Positions 1-12,955 of a stretch of 64,000 bases of DNA are shown piece by piece. The notes under the pieces are model-generated. The model searched no databases and was not told the DNA's origin. It saw only the letters and a list, made by a program, of their open reading frames with translations. Position 1 is the first letter of the stretch. Every line of letters starts with the position of its first letter. The stretch lies in contig NW_027266308.1 in NCBI RefSeq assembly GCF_022045235.1, positions 53,444,001 through 53,508,000 of the forward strand, in the 5' to 3' direction. Origin of the DNA: Haliotis cracherodii (lineage: Eukaryota). Both the position numbers and the translations under genes were made by a program.

Positions 1-183
1 TAATTAGGTAAACAAAGATATAGTTCTTATTGCTGTGAAAACAATCAAGATGTTTCAACTTAAACAGCATGGCGGCTATACATGAAGAAAGAATTCCTGA
101 TTATTAACAACACAGACGTGGGAGTAATGAGTGGGTGGTGTATGGTGGTTGACTTAAAAGAAGCCCGATGGTCATGGTACGGG

Positions 184-220
184 TATAAAGTCGAAAACTT
201 CCATCCTTGAGTCATCAGTC
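184..220 (+). promoter_or_regulatory. TATA box plus Inr core promoter of homeobox copy 1 (repeated in every unit)
   Basis: TATAAAG at 184 and Inr-like TCAGTC with A at 217 (33 nt apart). The same spacing occurs in the diverged paralog (18106/18139). Confidence 0.6.
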
Positions 221-324
221 ATAGAGCTGCCCTAATCGAAACCAGCAAGACTTGTCACCGAGACCATCTTCACATTTCGAGCATTTTCTCTTTTAAAAGT
301 ATTCTATACAATTACCACACTATA

Positions 325-1541
325 ATGAAAGTGAAGAGCCCCGAAACCAAGCCAAGCAAGTGCACCGTCAACAAGACAATCGTTCCGGCAAGGAACAGAA
401 TCAAGTACTCTGCTAGTCAGGTAAACATTTAATTGCTCGAAACGTCAATAGGAAGAAAACATAAACTATTGTTATTTCAAAAGTAAATCGCAATACAAAT
501 TTAACACGTTTTCATCTCCACTATCCATATCCACAGTTGAGGGAACTGGAGAAGGTATTCGTGTCCTCTCAGTATCCTGACAGCTCCATCTTGGAGGATC
601 TCTCCAACACCATCAACATCGACGTAGAGAGACTATCGGTAGGTAAATTACACTTAACAGAAGTTCTCGAAAGAGATAATTGATCGCACAATACACAATA
701 TCATAGTGATATAAAACTCTCTTTCTTGTCCCCTTAAATGTACATAGGACCCATGAAATGTACTGAAGTGAAATTCTCATTTTTACTGCTTTATTCAGTT
801 TATATGGTAGACTTAAAGAATTGTTGTATATTTCCTTTCATAATCTTTTCAACCCATATAATAGACCCTGATTTCATTAAATGTCTCGATAATAATGACC
901 TCTTTCTGCCATACAGATCTGGTTCCAGAACCGCCGTTCCAAGTTCAAGCGTCAGTCTAAAGGTGCTCACGTGAACTGGATGAGACAGCAACTGTATCAA
1001 CAAGGAACATCACGGTCACGTGACGTAACGGCTACGGAGGAATGTCACGTGCTCACACCACCAACGACTTCCAAGAAAGATGACGTGAAAGACAAACCCA
1101 AATCAAAGTAAGTACACACCAAGTTAGTTTCACCTGCGTGTAGTGGGCTCTTATTAGCTTCAACACAATGGCATGTCTGTCTCGGACTAACAACAATCTC
1201 TTCTCTTCTTCAGCCTCCACTACCTACCCAGCACTGGACCCGGCTGCTCTTCAGTGACGGACTACGACCCCGTCTACAACCCCCTGATGTATCCATCATC
1301 ACACAACGTCTACAGCGCACTCACTGACGCAGTATCCTGTACACGGCCTACCCAGAATACTCTCCACTACCCACATCTGATGACGGAAACATCCTTCCAA
1401 GTCACACCATGCCAGCAACAGTGGACAGAGTATTCCAACCAGTCCAACTTCAGCTCTCCCGGAACTCCATACTACCAGAATTATATACCCCACTTCAACT
1501 TCCTAAGTGATCAGATGACATTTCCCCAAATAGGCGTCTAG
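325..1541 (+). CDS. Divergent PRD-class (Q50) homeobox protein, copy 1, 238 aa
   Basis: Exons 325-420, 537-638, 917-1107, 1214-1541, all GT-AG and in frame. Homeodomain PARNRIKYSASQ|LRELEKVFVSSQYPDSSILEDLSNTINIDVERLS|IWFQNRRSKFKRQS has YPD25-27, WFQNRR and the PRD-type intron at 46/47. AATAAA at 1727. Confidence 0.93.
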
Positions 1542-3901
1542 AACCTTCGGGGATGTATTCGTGGCCAGACGAAGCACGAGGGCGTAATTTGTGCAATATG
1601 CACTGCAGTCCAATGTTGAACTCATCTTGGGCCTGCTTTGTTGTTACTATTAATGTATATATTGTTGTGTTTACGTTATGGATTGCAACTGTCATTTGAA
1701 GAGGACTGTGTAAATGTTTCTGAGATAATAAACATTATCTGAAAACTATCATTTCCTGTTCTTATGAAACACGCATTTTCCCACTTTCATGTAAACCACG
1801 ATTACAAATATCTTACTGATAAACAAAGGATCCTAAACAGGCGAATCTTGGATTCGAACACATGATTGGTGGATGTTGGTTGGACTAAGAGACAAACCTC
1901 TGCACCGTTCAAATGAATCTGCTTAAAGGAAACTTTTATTGTGAAATTTAACCGTTCTTTAGGTTGTGTGATATGAAATATAAAGCATTGTATAAATCAT
2001 TTTTAGCAAAGCTACCCTCACAGGTATAGATCCTCACCTCCTTGGAAACATGTGTGTTGCAACTGCGACAGATATCCTGCTTTGCTCAGGTCACATTTAA
2101 GAGTGTTGTGGTTACATATGTTCCATCGTATATAGGTAATAACTAAAACATTAAATGAAGCTATGTTTTCAAGGCTTGAATGATACATTTGGCATCAAAT
2201 AACACTCATGTTAAACTTTGAAGCTGCTCAGTTACGGTCAATGTGATATCCCGATCTATGCCTGTAAGGTATTATCAACAACTTTCGTATGCACTTGTAA
2301 TCGCCATGTTGCGTATAGGAGCCAAACCTTCATGCTGACGTTATCGGATTATCGGGCGCTTCCTTTGGATACCATTGTCTTAAGCAGATGTCGACACAAG
2401 TTACCGCCTGGGAGCGTAAAACATATATACATGTATAAGGCGTGTCGGACAAACCAATTACGTCAATCAGTACTGTACATACATTATATACCACTAGTTC
2501 AAACCATTCATTATTTCATATGGCGAGAGATACAGACTGGTAAACGGGAAATTTACCCATAGGGTGACCCTTGTATTGCAGAAAAGCCAAGCAAGTGATG
2601 GTACAGCAATCACAGTTTAAGGTGTCATTTACAGGTATTTGGATTATTACCACGAAAAAGTACATGGCAATAGTTTCAACAGTTTTAAAAATAGTTTGCC
2701 AAATCAATACTGACATTAATTTCTTCATAACCATCATTTAGGATCCGATTTTCTATCATAATACCATATGCATCTTCCAAATGTTATATATCAATTTATT
2801 TATGTGTCAGTTTAGGTATGTAATGTGTATTTTATTATCATATTGTGAGGCGCTAAATATACAGGTGAGGAACATCAAACGTCCCATGAAATACTTGAAC
2901 CTTGTCCCTCTATAAATTGTAAATATAGTTGCTGACTTTTCAGTTTCATGTTGGTTGTGAGTCTTCATTAAATATTAAGTCCAAAAACGTCTCTACACTA
3001 TGGTGGCAGCCAACTTCTACTAATATTTCGATCAAATGATAATATACCTTACGTCGGAATATATGCCTCGGAATATATAGAATCTGAGCGTGATCTTGAA
3101 ATAGCTTGGCACATCCGTTCAGTTAGCATAGAGTAACATATTTTGAAGTTAATAAAGTGAAATATAAATAGCTACAAAGAGAAAAGTAATTTTTACGTGT
3201 TATCGGTGGTTATGATGGACACGTAACTTGAAAATTGCAAGGTTTTTACCAAACCTAAAATTCTTAAGAGAGGCGGGTAAAGACAATAAAATAAACTTTC
3301 CATATTCATATTAAGAATTTGTGTCAAACACACACTCGATTGTATAATTCCGACCATATCATGAGTATGTTTCCATTAGTCGCCATCAAATAGTGATGAT
3401 ACCAGATGTTGGCGAAAAGGCGAGCGTATCCGGCCCCGCTATTTCCCCGGTTGCACCCCGTCACAAACACATGCAAAACCAAGGCAATTGTTCACCCGAA
3501 AAAAAAACAAGGGAACAAGTTAAAAAGGGAACTGTATCAAGCATCATTTGGTCACTGGTGCGTCAGATTTGGAAATGTCATCCACATGTCTACCACAAAA
3601 GCTTTAAAAGCTTTATGTTGTAACTAAGAACACTCTTTGAAATCATCGTGGAAAGAGCTTGCTCGAGTGTACCTCAAAAGTTGTGAAATGTAGACAACTG
3701 GGAACCATTTTTCTTGGCTCACGACATATATACGCCTTATTTCTTTTGAACAAATACATGATCATCGAGATTTTTCTGTATCCTCTTATTCCAAAGATGT
3801 TCAATTATATAATGGATATGCGTTTCAAGCTTATTACGAGCATAACTGTTTCACACAATAACAAATAAGTTATCCTTGTGAAGACTACGGTATTGTTAAT
3901 G

Positions 3902-3963
3902 TTTGTTTGTTTGTTTGTTGTTTAACGCCGCACTCGGCAATATTCCAGCTATATGACGACGGT
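3902..3963 (-). mobile_element. 5'-truncated family-B SINE tail inside the repeat unit (also present in units 2 and 3)
   Basis: (TTTG)n followed by TTTAACGCCGCACTCGGCAATATTCCAGC, flanked by 11-bp TSD TATTGTTAATG (3891-3901 and 3964-3974). Confidence 0.8.
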
Positions 3964-4090
3964 TATTGTTAATGCCTGGCCCTTCCACACACTATAAGGA
4001 TTCCTCGCTAGGATTTGTAAATGTTTTGTCCCTGTTTGTTAATGAAATTGTCCCACAAAACAAGATGGACATTTAAACGTAGTGTCCACA

Positions 4091-4150
4091 CAGGTGTGCT
4101 ACGTAGGGCGGCCTCTTTGATGTAGGTGTAAAGTTTTGACAGGTAAGTGA
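4091..4150 (+). promoter_or_regulatory. Candidate upstream enhancer (E-box, Helper-like GGCGGC, TCF core CTTTGATG, TALE site TGACAG); also at ~8304 and ~12507
   Basis: Block is conserved with 17793-17852 of the diverged paralog, at the same distance from the TATA box (284 vs 289 nt). Confidence 0.55.
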
Positions 4151-4539
4151 GTACACGCTCACCTGGCGGAGGCTACTTTAATGTACCGCTACCTCGTCGA
4201 CGACTGCTACCGTTTTAATTAGGTAAACAAAGATATAGTTCTTATTGCTGTGAAAACAATCAAGATGTTTCAACTTAAACAGCATGGCGGCTATACATGA
4301 AGAAAGAATTCCTGATTATTAACAACACAGACGTGGGAGTAATGAGTGGGTGGTGTATGGTGGTTGACTTAAAAGAAGCCCGATGGTCATGGTACGGGTA
4401 TAAAGTCGAAAACTTCCATCCTTGAGTCATCAGTCATAGAGCTGCCCTAATCGAAACCAGCAAGACTTGTCACCGAGACCATCTTCACATTTCGAGCATT
4501 TTCTCTTTTAAAAGTATTCTATACAATTACCACACTATA

Positions 4540-5756
4540 ATGAAAGTGAAGAGCCCCGAAACCAAGCCAAGCAAGTGCACCGTCAACAAGACAATCGTTC
4601 CGGCAAGGAACAGAATCAAGTACTCTGCTAGTCAGGTAAACATTTAATTGCTCGAAACGTCAATAGGAAGAAAACATAAACTATTGTTATTTCAAAAGTA
4701 AATCGCAATACATATTTAACACGTCTTCATCTCCACTATCCATATCCACAGTTGAGGGAACTGGAGAAGGTATTCGTGTCCTCTCAGTATCCTGACAGCT
4801 CCATCTTGGAGGATCTCTCCAACACCATCAACATCGACGTAGAGAGACTATCGGTAGGTAAATTACACTTAACAGAAGTTCTCGAAAGAGATAATTGATC
4901 GCACAATACACAATATCATAGTGATATAAAACTCTCTTTCTTGTCCCCTTAAATGTACATAGGACCCATGAAATGTACTGAAGTGAAATTCTCATTTTTA
5001 CTGCTTTATTCAGTTTATATGGTAGACTTAAAGAATTGTTGGATATTTCATTTCATAATCTTTTCAACCCATATAATAGACCCTGATTTCATTAAATGTC
5101 TCGATAATAATGACCTCTCTCTGCCATACAGATCTGGTTCCAGAACCGCCGTTCCAAGTTCAAGCGTCAGTCTAAAGGTGCTCACGTGAACTGGATGAGA
5201 CAGCAACTGTATCAACAAGGAACATCACGGTCACGTGACATAACGGCTACGGACAAGTGTCACGTGCTCACACCACCAACGACTTCCAAGAAAGATGACG
5301 TGAAAGACAAACCCAAATCAAAGTAAGTACACACCAAGTTGGTTTCACAGGCATGTAGTGGGCTCTTATTAGCTTCAACACAATGGCATGTCTGTCTCGG
5401 ACTAACAACAATCTCTTCTCTTCTTCAGCCTCCACTACCTACCCAGCACTGGACCCGGCTGCTCTTCAGTGACGGACTACGACCACGTCTACAACCCCCT
5501 GATGTACCCATCATCACACAACGTCTACAGCGCACTCACTGACGCAGTATCCTGTACACGGCCTACCCAGAATACTCTCCACTACCCACATGTGATGACG
5601 GAAACATCCTTCCAAGTCACACCATGCCAGCAACAGTGGACAGAGTATTCCAACCAGTCCAACTTCAGCTCTCCCGGAACTCCATACTACCAGAATTATA
5701 TACCCCACTTCAACTTCCTAAGTGATCAGATGACATTTCCCCAGATAGGCGTCTAG
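4540..5756 (+). CDS. Divergent PRD-class homeobox protein, copy 2, 238 aa
   Basis: Exons 4540-4635, 4752-4853, 5132-5322, 5429-5756. Intact; variants DITATDKC, DHVY, HVM. Confidence 0.93.
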
Positions 5757-8752
5757 AACCTTCGGGGATGTATTCGTGGCCAGACGAAGCACGAGGGCGT
5801 AATTTGTGCAACATGCACTGCAGTCCAATGTTGAACTCATCTTGGGCCTGCTTTGTTACTATTAATGTATATATTGTTGTGTTTACGTTATGGATTGCAA
5901 CTGTCATTTGAAGAGGACTGTGTAAATGTTTCTGAGATAATAAACATTATCTGAAAACTATCATTTCATGTTCTTATGAAACACGCATTTTCCCACTTTC
6001 ATGTAAACCACGATTACAAATATCTTACTGATAAACAAAGGATCCTAAACAGGCGAATCTTGGATTCGAACACATGATTGGTGGATGTTGGTTGGACTAA
6101 GAGACAAACCTCTGCACCGTTCAAATGAATCTGCTTGAAGGAAACTTTTATTGTGAAATTTAACCGTTCTTTAGGTTGTGTGATATGAAATATAAAGCAT
6201 TGTATAAATCATTTTTAGCAAAGCTACCCTCACAGGTATAGATCCTCACCTCCTTGGAAACATGTGTGTTGCAACTGCGACAGATATCCTGCTTTGCTCA
6301 GGTCACATTTAAGAGTGTTGTGGTTACATATGTTCCATCGTATATAGGTAATAACTAAAACATTAAATGAAGCTATGTTTTCAAGGCTTGAATGATACAT
6401 TTGGCATCAAATAACACTCATGTTAAACTTTGAAGCTGCTCAGTTACGGTCAATGTGATATCCCGATCTATGCCTGTAAGGTATTATCAACAACTTTCGT
6501 ATGCACTTGTAATCGCCATGTTGCGTATAGGAGCCAAACCTTCATGCTGACGTTATCGGATTATCGGGCGCTTCCTTTGGATACCATTGTCTTAAGCAGA
6601 TGTCGACACAAGTTACCGCCTGGGAGCGTAAAACATATATACATGTATAAGGCGTGTCGGACAAACCAATTACGTCAATCAGTACTGTACATACTTTATA
6701 TACCACTAGTTCAAACCATTCATTATTTCATATGGCGAGAGATACAGACTGGTAAACGGGAAATTTACCCATAGGGTGACCCTTGTATTGCAGAAAAGCC
6801 AAGCAAGTAATGGTACAGCAATCACAGTTTAAGGTGTCATTTACAGGTATTTGGATTATTACCACGAAAAAGTACATGGCAATAGTTTCAACAGTTTTAA
6901 AAATAGTTTGCCAAATCAATACTGACATTAATTTCTTCATAACCATCATTTAGGATCCGATTTTCTATCATAATACCATATGCATCTTCCAAATGTTATA
7001 TATCAATTTATTTATGTGTCAGTTTAGGTATGTAATGTGTATTTTATTATCATATTGTGAGGCGCTAAATATACAGGTGAGGAACATCAAACGTCCCATG
7101 AAATACTTGAACCTTGTCCCTCTATAAATTGTAAATATAGTTGCTGACTTTTCAGTTTCATGTTGGTTGTGAGTCTTCATTAAATATTAAGTCCAAAAAC
7201 GTCTCTACACTATGGTGGCAGCCAACTTCTACTAATATTTCGATCAAATGATAATATACCTTACGTCGGAATATATGCCTCGGAATATATAGAATCTGAG
7301 CGTGATCTTGAAATAGCTTGGCACATCCGTTCAGTTAGCATAGAGTAACATATTTAGAAGTTAATAAAGTGAAATATAAATAGCTACAAAGAGAAAAGTA
7401 ATTTTTACGTGTTATCGGTGGTTATGATGGACACGTAACTTGAAAATTGCAAGGTTTTTACCAAACCTAAAATTCTTAAGAGAGGCGGGTAAAGACAATA
7501 AAATAAACTTTCCATATTCATATTAAGAATTTGTGTCAAACACACACTCGATTGTATAATTACGACCATATCATGAGTATGTTTCCATTAGTCGCCATCA
7601 AATAGTGATGATACCAGATGTTGGCAAAAAAGGCGAGCGTATCCGGCCCCGCTATTTCCCCGGTTGCACCCCGTCACAAACACATGCAAAACCAAGGCAA
7701 TTGTTCACCCGAAAAAAAAACAAGGGAACAAGTTAAAAAGGGAACTGTATCAAGCATCATTTGGTCACTGGTGCGTCAGATTTGGAAATGTCATCCACAT
7801 GTCTACCACAAAAGCTTTAAAAGCTTTATGTTGTAACTAAGAACACTCTTTGAAATCATCGTGGAAAGAGCTTGCTCGAGTGTACCTCAGAAGTTGTGAA
7901 ATGTAGACAACTGGGAACCATTTTTCTTGGCTCACGACATATATACGCCTTATTTCTTTTGAACAAATACATGATCATCGAGATTTTTCTGTATCCTCTT
8001 ATTCCAAAGATGTTCAATTATATAATGGATATGCGTTTCAAGCTTATTACGAGCATAACTGTTTCACACAATAACAAATAAGTCATCCTTGTGAAGACTA
8101 CGGTATTGTTAATGTTTGTTTGTTTGTTTGTTGTTTAACGCCGCACTCGGCAATATTCCAGCTGTATGACGACGGTTATTGTTAATGCCTGGCCCTTCCA
8201 CACACTATAAGGATTCCTCGCTAGGATTTGTAAATGTTTTGTCCCTGTTTGTTAATGAAATTGTCCCACAAAACAAGATGTACATTTAAACGTAGTGTCC
8301 ACACAGGTGTGCTACGTAGGGCGGCCTCTTTGATGTAGGTGTAAAGTTTTGACAGGTAAGTGAGTACACGCTCACCTGGCGGAGGCTACTTTAATGTACC
8401 GCTACCTCGTCGACGACTGCTACCGTTTTAATTAGGTAAACAAAGATATAGTTCTTATTGCTGTGAAAACAATCAAGATGTTTCAACTTAAACAGCATGG
8501 CGGCTATACATGAAGAAAGAATTCCTGATTATTAACAACACAGACGTGGGAGTAATGAGTGGGTGGTGTATGGTGGTTGACTTAAAAGAAGCCCGATGGT
8601 CATGGTACGGGTATAAAGTCGAAAACTTCCATCCTTGAGTCATCAGTCATAGAGCTGCCCTAATCGAAACCAGCAAGACTTGTCACCGAGACCATCTTCA
8701 CATTTCGAGCATTTTCTCTTTTAAAAGTATTCTATACAATTACCACACTATA

Positions 8753-9969
8753 ATGAAAGTGAAGAGCCCCGAAACCAAGCCAAGCAAGTGCACCGTCAAC
8801 AAGACAATCGTTCCGGCAAGGAACAGAATCAAGTACTCTGCTAGTCAGGTAAACATTTAATTGCTCGAAACGTCAATAGGAAGAAAACATAAACTATTGT
8901 TATTTCAAAAGTAAATCGCAATACAAATTTAACACGTTTTCATCTCCACTATCCATATCCACAGTTGAGGCAACTGGAGAAGGTATTCGTGTCCTCTCAG
9001 TATCCTGACAGCTCCATCTTGGAGGATCTCTCCAACACCATCAACATCGACGTAGAGAGATTATCGGTAGGTAAATTACACTTAACAGAAGTTCTCGAAA
9101 GAGATAATTGATCGCACAATACACAATATCATAGTGATATAAAACTCTCTTTCTTGTCCCCTTAAATGTACATAGGACCCATGAAATGTACTGAAGTGAA
9201 ATTCTCATTTTTACTGCTTTATTCAGTTTATATGGTAGACTTAAAGAATTGTTGGATATTTCCTTTCATAATCTTTTCAACCCATATAATAGACCCTGAT
9301 TTCATTAAATGTCTCGATAATAATGACCTCTTTCTGCCATACAGATCTGGTTCCAGAACCGCCGTTCCAAGTTCAAGCGTCAGTCTAAAGGTGCTCACGT
9401 GAACTGGATGAGACAGCAACTGTATCAACAAGGAACATCACGGTCACGTGACGTAACGGCTACGGAGGAATGTCACGTGCTCACACCACCAACGACTTCC
9501 AAGAAAGATGACGTGAAAGACAAACCCAAATCAAAGTAAGTACACACCAAGTTAGTTTCACCTGCGTGTAGTGGGCTCTTATTAGCTTCAACACAATGGC
9601 ATGTCTGTCTCGGACTAACAACAATCTCTTCTCTTCTTCAGCCTCCACTACCTACCCAGCACTGGACCCGGCTGCTCTTCAGTGACGGACTACGACCCCG
9701 TCTACAACCCCCTGATGTATCCATCATCACACAACGTCTACAGCGCACTCACTGACGCAGTATCCTGTACACGGCCTACCCAGAATACTCTCCACTACCC
9801 ACATCTGATGACGGAAACATCCTTCCAAGTCACACCATGCCAGCAACAGTGGACAGAGTATTCCAACCAGTCCAACTTCAGCTCTCCCGGAACTCCATAC
9901 TACCAGAATTATATACCCCACTTCAACTTCCTAAGTGATCAGATGACATTTCCCCAAATAGGCATCTAG
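8753..9969 (+). CDS. Divergent PRD-class homeobox protein, copy 3, 238 aa
   Basis: Exons 8753-8848, 8965-9066, 9345-9535, 9642-9969. Intact; homeodomain residue 15 is Q; ends QIGI. Confidence 0.93.
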
Positions 9970-12955
9970 AACCTTCGGGGATGTATTCGTGGCCAGATGA
10001 AGCACGAGGGCGTAATTTGTGCAATATGCACTGCAGTCCAATGTTGAACTCATCTTGGGCCTGCTTTGTTACTATTAATGTATATATTGTTGTGTTTACG
10101 TTATGGATTGCAACTGTCATTTGAAGAGGACTGTGTAAATGTTTCTGAGATAATAAACATTATCTGAAAACTATCATTTCATGTTCTTATGAAACACGCA
10201 TTTTCCCACTTTCATGTAAACCACGATTACAAATATCTTACTGATAAACAAGGGATCTTAAACAGGCGAATCTTGGATTCGAACACATGATTGGTGGATG
10301 TTGGTTGGACTAAGAGACAAACCTCTGCACCGTTCAAATGAATCTGCTTGAAGGAAACTTTTATTGTGAAATTTAACCGTTCTTTAGGTTGTGTGATATG
10401 AAATATAAAGCATTGTATAAATCATTTTTAGCAAAGCTACCCTCACAGATATAGATCCTCACCTCCTTGGAAACATGTGTGTTGCAACTGCGACAGATAT
10501 CCTGCTTTGCTCAGGTCACATTTAAGAGTGTTGTGGTTACATATGTTCCATCGTATATAGGTAATAACTAAAACATTGAATGAAGCTATGTTTTCAAGGC
10601 TTGAATGATACATTTGGCATCAAATAACTCTCATGTTAAACTTTGAAGCTGCTTGGTTACGGTCAATGTGATATCCCGATCAATGCCATACGGTATTATC
10701 AACAACTTTCGTATGCACCTGTAATCGCCATGTTGCGTATAGGAGCCAAACCTTCATGCTGACGTTATCGGATTATCGGGCGCTTCCTTTGGATATCATT
10801 GTCTTAAGCTGCTGTCGACACACGTTACCGTCTGGGAGCGTAAAACATACATACATGTATAAGGCATGTCGGACAAACCAATTACGTCAATCAGTACTGT
10901 ACATACATTATATACCACTAGTTCAAACCATTCATTATTTCATATGGTGAGAGATACAGACTGGTAAACGGGAAATTTACCTATAGGGTGACCCTTGTAT
11001 TGCAGAAAAGCCAAGCAAGTAATGGTACAGCATTTACAGTTTAAGGTGTCATTTACAGGTATTTGGATTATTACCACGAAAAAGTACATGGCAATAGTTT
11101 CAACAGTTTTAAAAATAGATTGCCAAATGAATACTGACATTAAATTCTTCATAACCATCATTTAGGACCCGATTTTCTATCATAATACCATATGCATCTT
11201 CCAAATGTTATATATCAGTTTATTTATGTGTCAGTTTAGGTATGTAATGTGTATTTTATTATCATATTGTGAGGCGCTAAATATACAGGTGAGGAACATC
11301 AAACGTCCCATGAAATACTTGCACCTTATCCCTCTATAAATTGTAAATATAGTTGCTGACTTTTCAGTTTCATGTGGGTTGTGAGTCTTCACTAAATATT
11401 AAGTCCAAAAACATCTCTACACTTTGGTGGCAGCCAACTTCTACTCTACTAATATTTTGATCAAATGATAATATCCCTTACGTAGGAATATATGCATCAG
11501 AATATATAGAATCTGAGCGTGATCTTGAAATAGCTTGGTACATCCGTTCAATTAGCATAGAGTAAAATATTTAGAAGTTAATAAAGTGAAATATAAATAG
11601 CTACAAAGAGAAAAGTAATTTTTACGTGTAATTGGTGGTTATGATGGACACGTAACTTGAAAATTGCAAGGTTTTTACCAAACTCAAAATTCTTAAGAGA
11701 GACAATAAAATAAACTTTCCATATTCATATTAAGAATTTGTGTCAAACACACACTCGATTGTATAATTCCGACCATATCATGAGTATGTTTCCATTAATC
11801 GCCATCAAATAGTGATGATACCAGATGTTGGCGAAAAGGCGAGCGTATCCGGCCCCGCTATTTCCCCGGTTACACCCCGTCACAAACACATGCAAAACCA
11901 AGGCAATTGTTCACCCGGGAAAAAAAAGGGAACAAGTTAAAAAGGGAACTGTATCAAGCATCATTTGGTCACTGATGCTTCAAATTTGGAAATGTCATCC
12001 ACATGTCTACCACAAAACGTTTTAAAAGCTTTATGTTGTAACTAAGAACACTCTTTGAAATCATCGTGGAAAGAGCTTGCTCGAGTGTACCTCAAAAGTT
12101 GTGAAATGTAGACAACTGGGAACCATTTATCTTGGCTCACGACATATATACGCCTTATTTCTTTTGAACAAAAATGATCATCGAGATTTTTCTGTATCCT
12201 CTTATTCCAAAGATGTTCAATTATATAATGGATATGCGTTTCAAGCTTATTACGAGCATAACTGTTTCACACAATAGCAAATAAGTTATCCTTGTGAAGA
12301 CTACGGTATTGTTAATGTTTGTTTGTTTGTTTGTTGTTTAACACCGCACTCAGCAATATTCCAGCTATATGACGGCGGTTATTGTTAATGCCTGGCCCTT
12401 CCACACACTATAAGGATTCCTCGCTAGGATTTGTAAATGTTTTGTCCCTGTTTGTTAATGAAATTGTCCCACAAAACAAGATAGACATTTAAACGTAGTG
12501 TCCACACAGGTGTGCTACGTAGGGCGGCCTCTTTGATGTAGGTGTAAAGTTTTGACAGGTAAGTGAGTACACGCTCACCTGGCGGAGGCTACTTTAATGT
12601 ACCGCTACCTCGTCGACGACTGCTACCGTTTTAATTAGGTAAACAAAGATATAGTTCTTATTGCTGTGAAAACAATCAAGATGTTTCAACTTAAACAGCA
12701 TGGCGGCTATACATGAAGAAAGAATTCCTGATTATTAACAACACAGACGTGGGAGTAATAAGTGGGTGGTGTATGGTGGTTGACTTAAAAGAAGCCCGAT
12801 GGTCATGGTACGGGTATAAAGTCGAAAACTTCCATCCTTGAGTCATCAGTCAAAGAGCTGCCCTAATCGAAACCAGCAAGACTTGTCACCGAGACCATCT
12901 TCACATTTCGAGCATTTTCTCTTTTAAAAGTATTCTATACAATTACCACACTAAA

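Noticed and set aside
738-1003. Repeated 67-78 aa ORFs (and their copies in units 2-4)
   Set aside because: They overlap intron 2 and exon 3 in the wrong frame or strand, and recur only because the unit is duplicated.
2218-3868. Spacer ORFs of 69-114 aa as a second gene in the unit
   Set aside because: Mostly non-ATG starts, no recognisable domain, and frameshifts or stops between units.
4121-4230. CAGGTA/TAGGTA motifs as Zelda TAGteam sites
   Set aside because: Zelda is arthropod-restricted; the motifs are better explained by TALE/E-box or splice-donor-like sequence.
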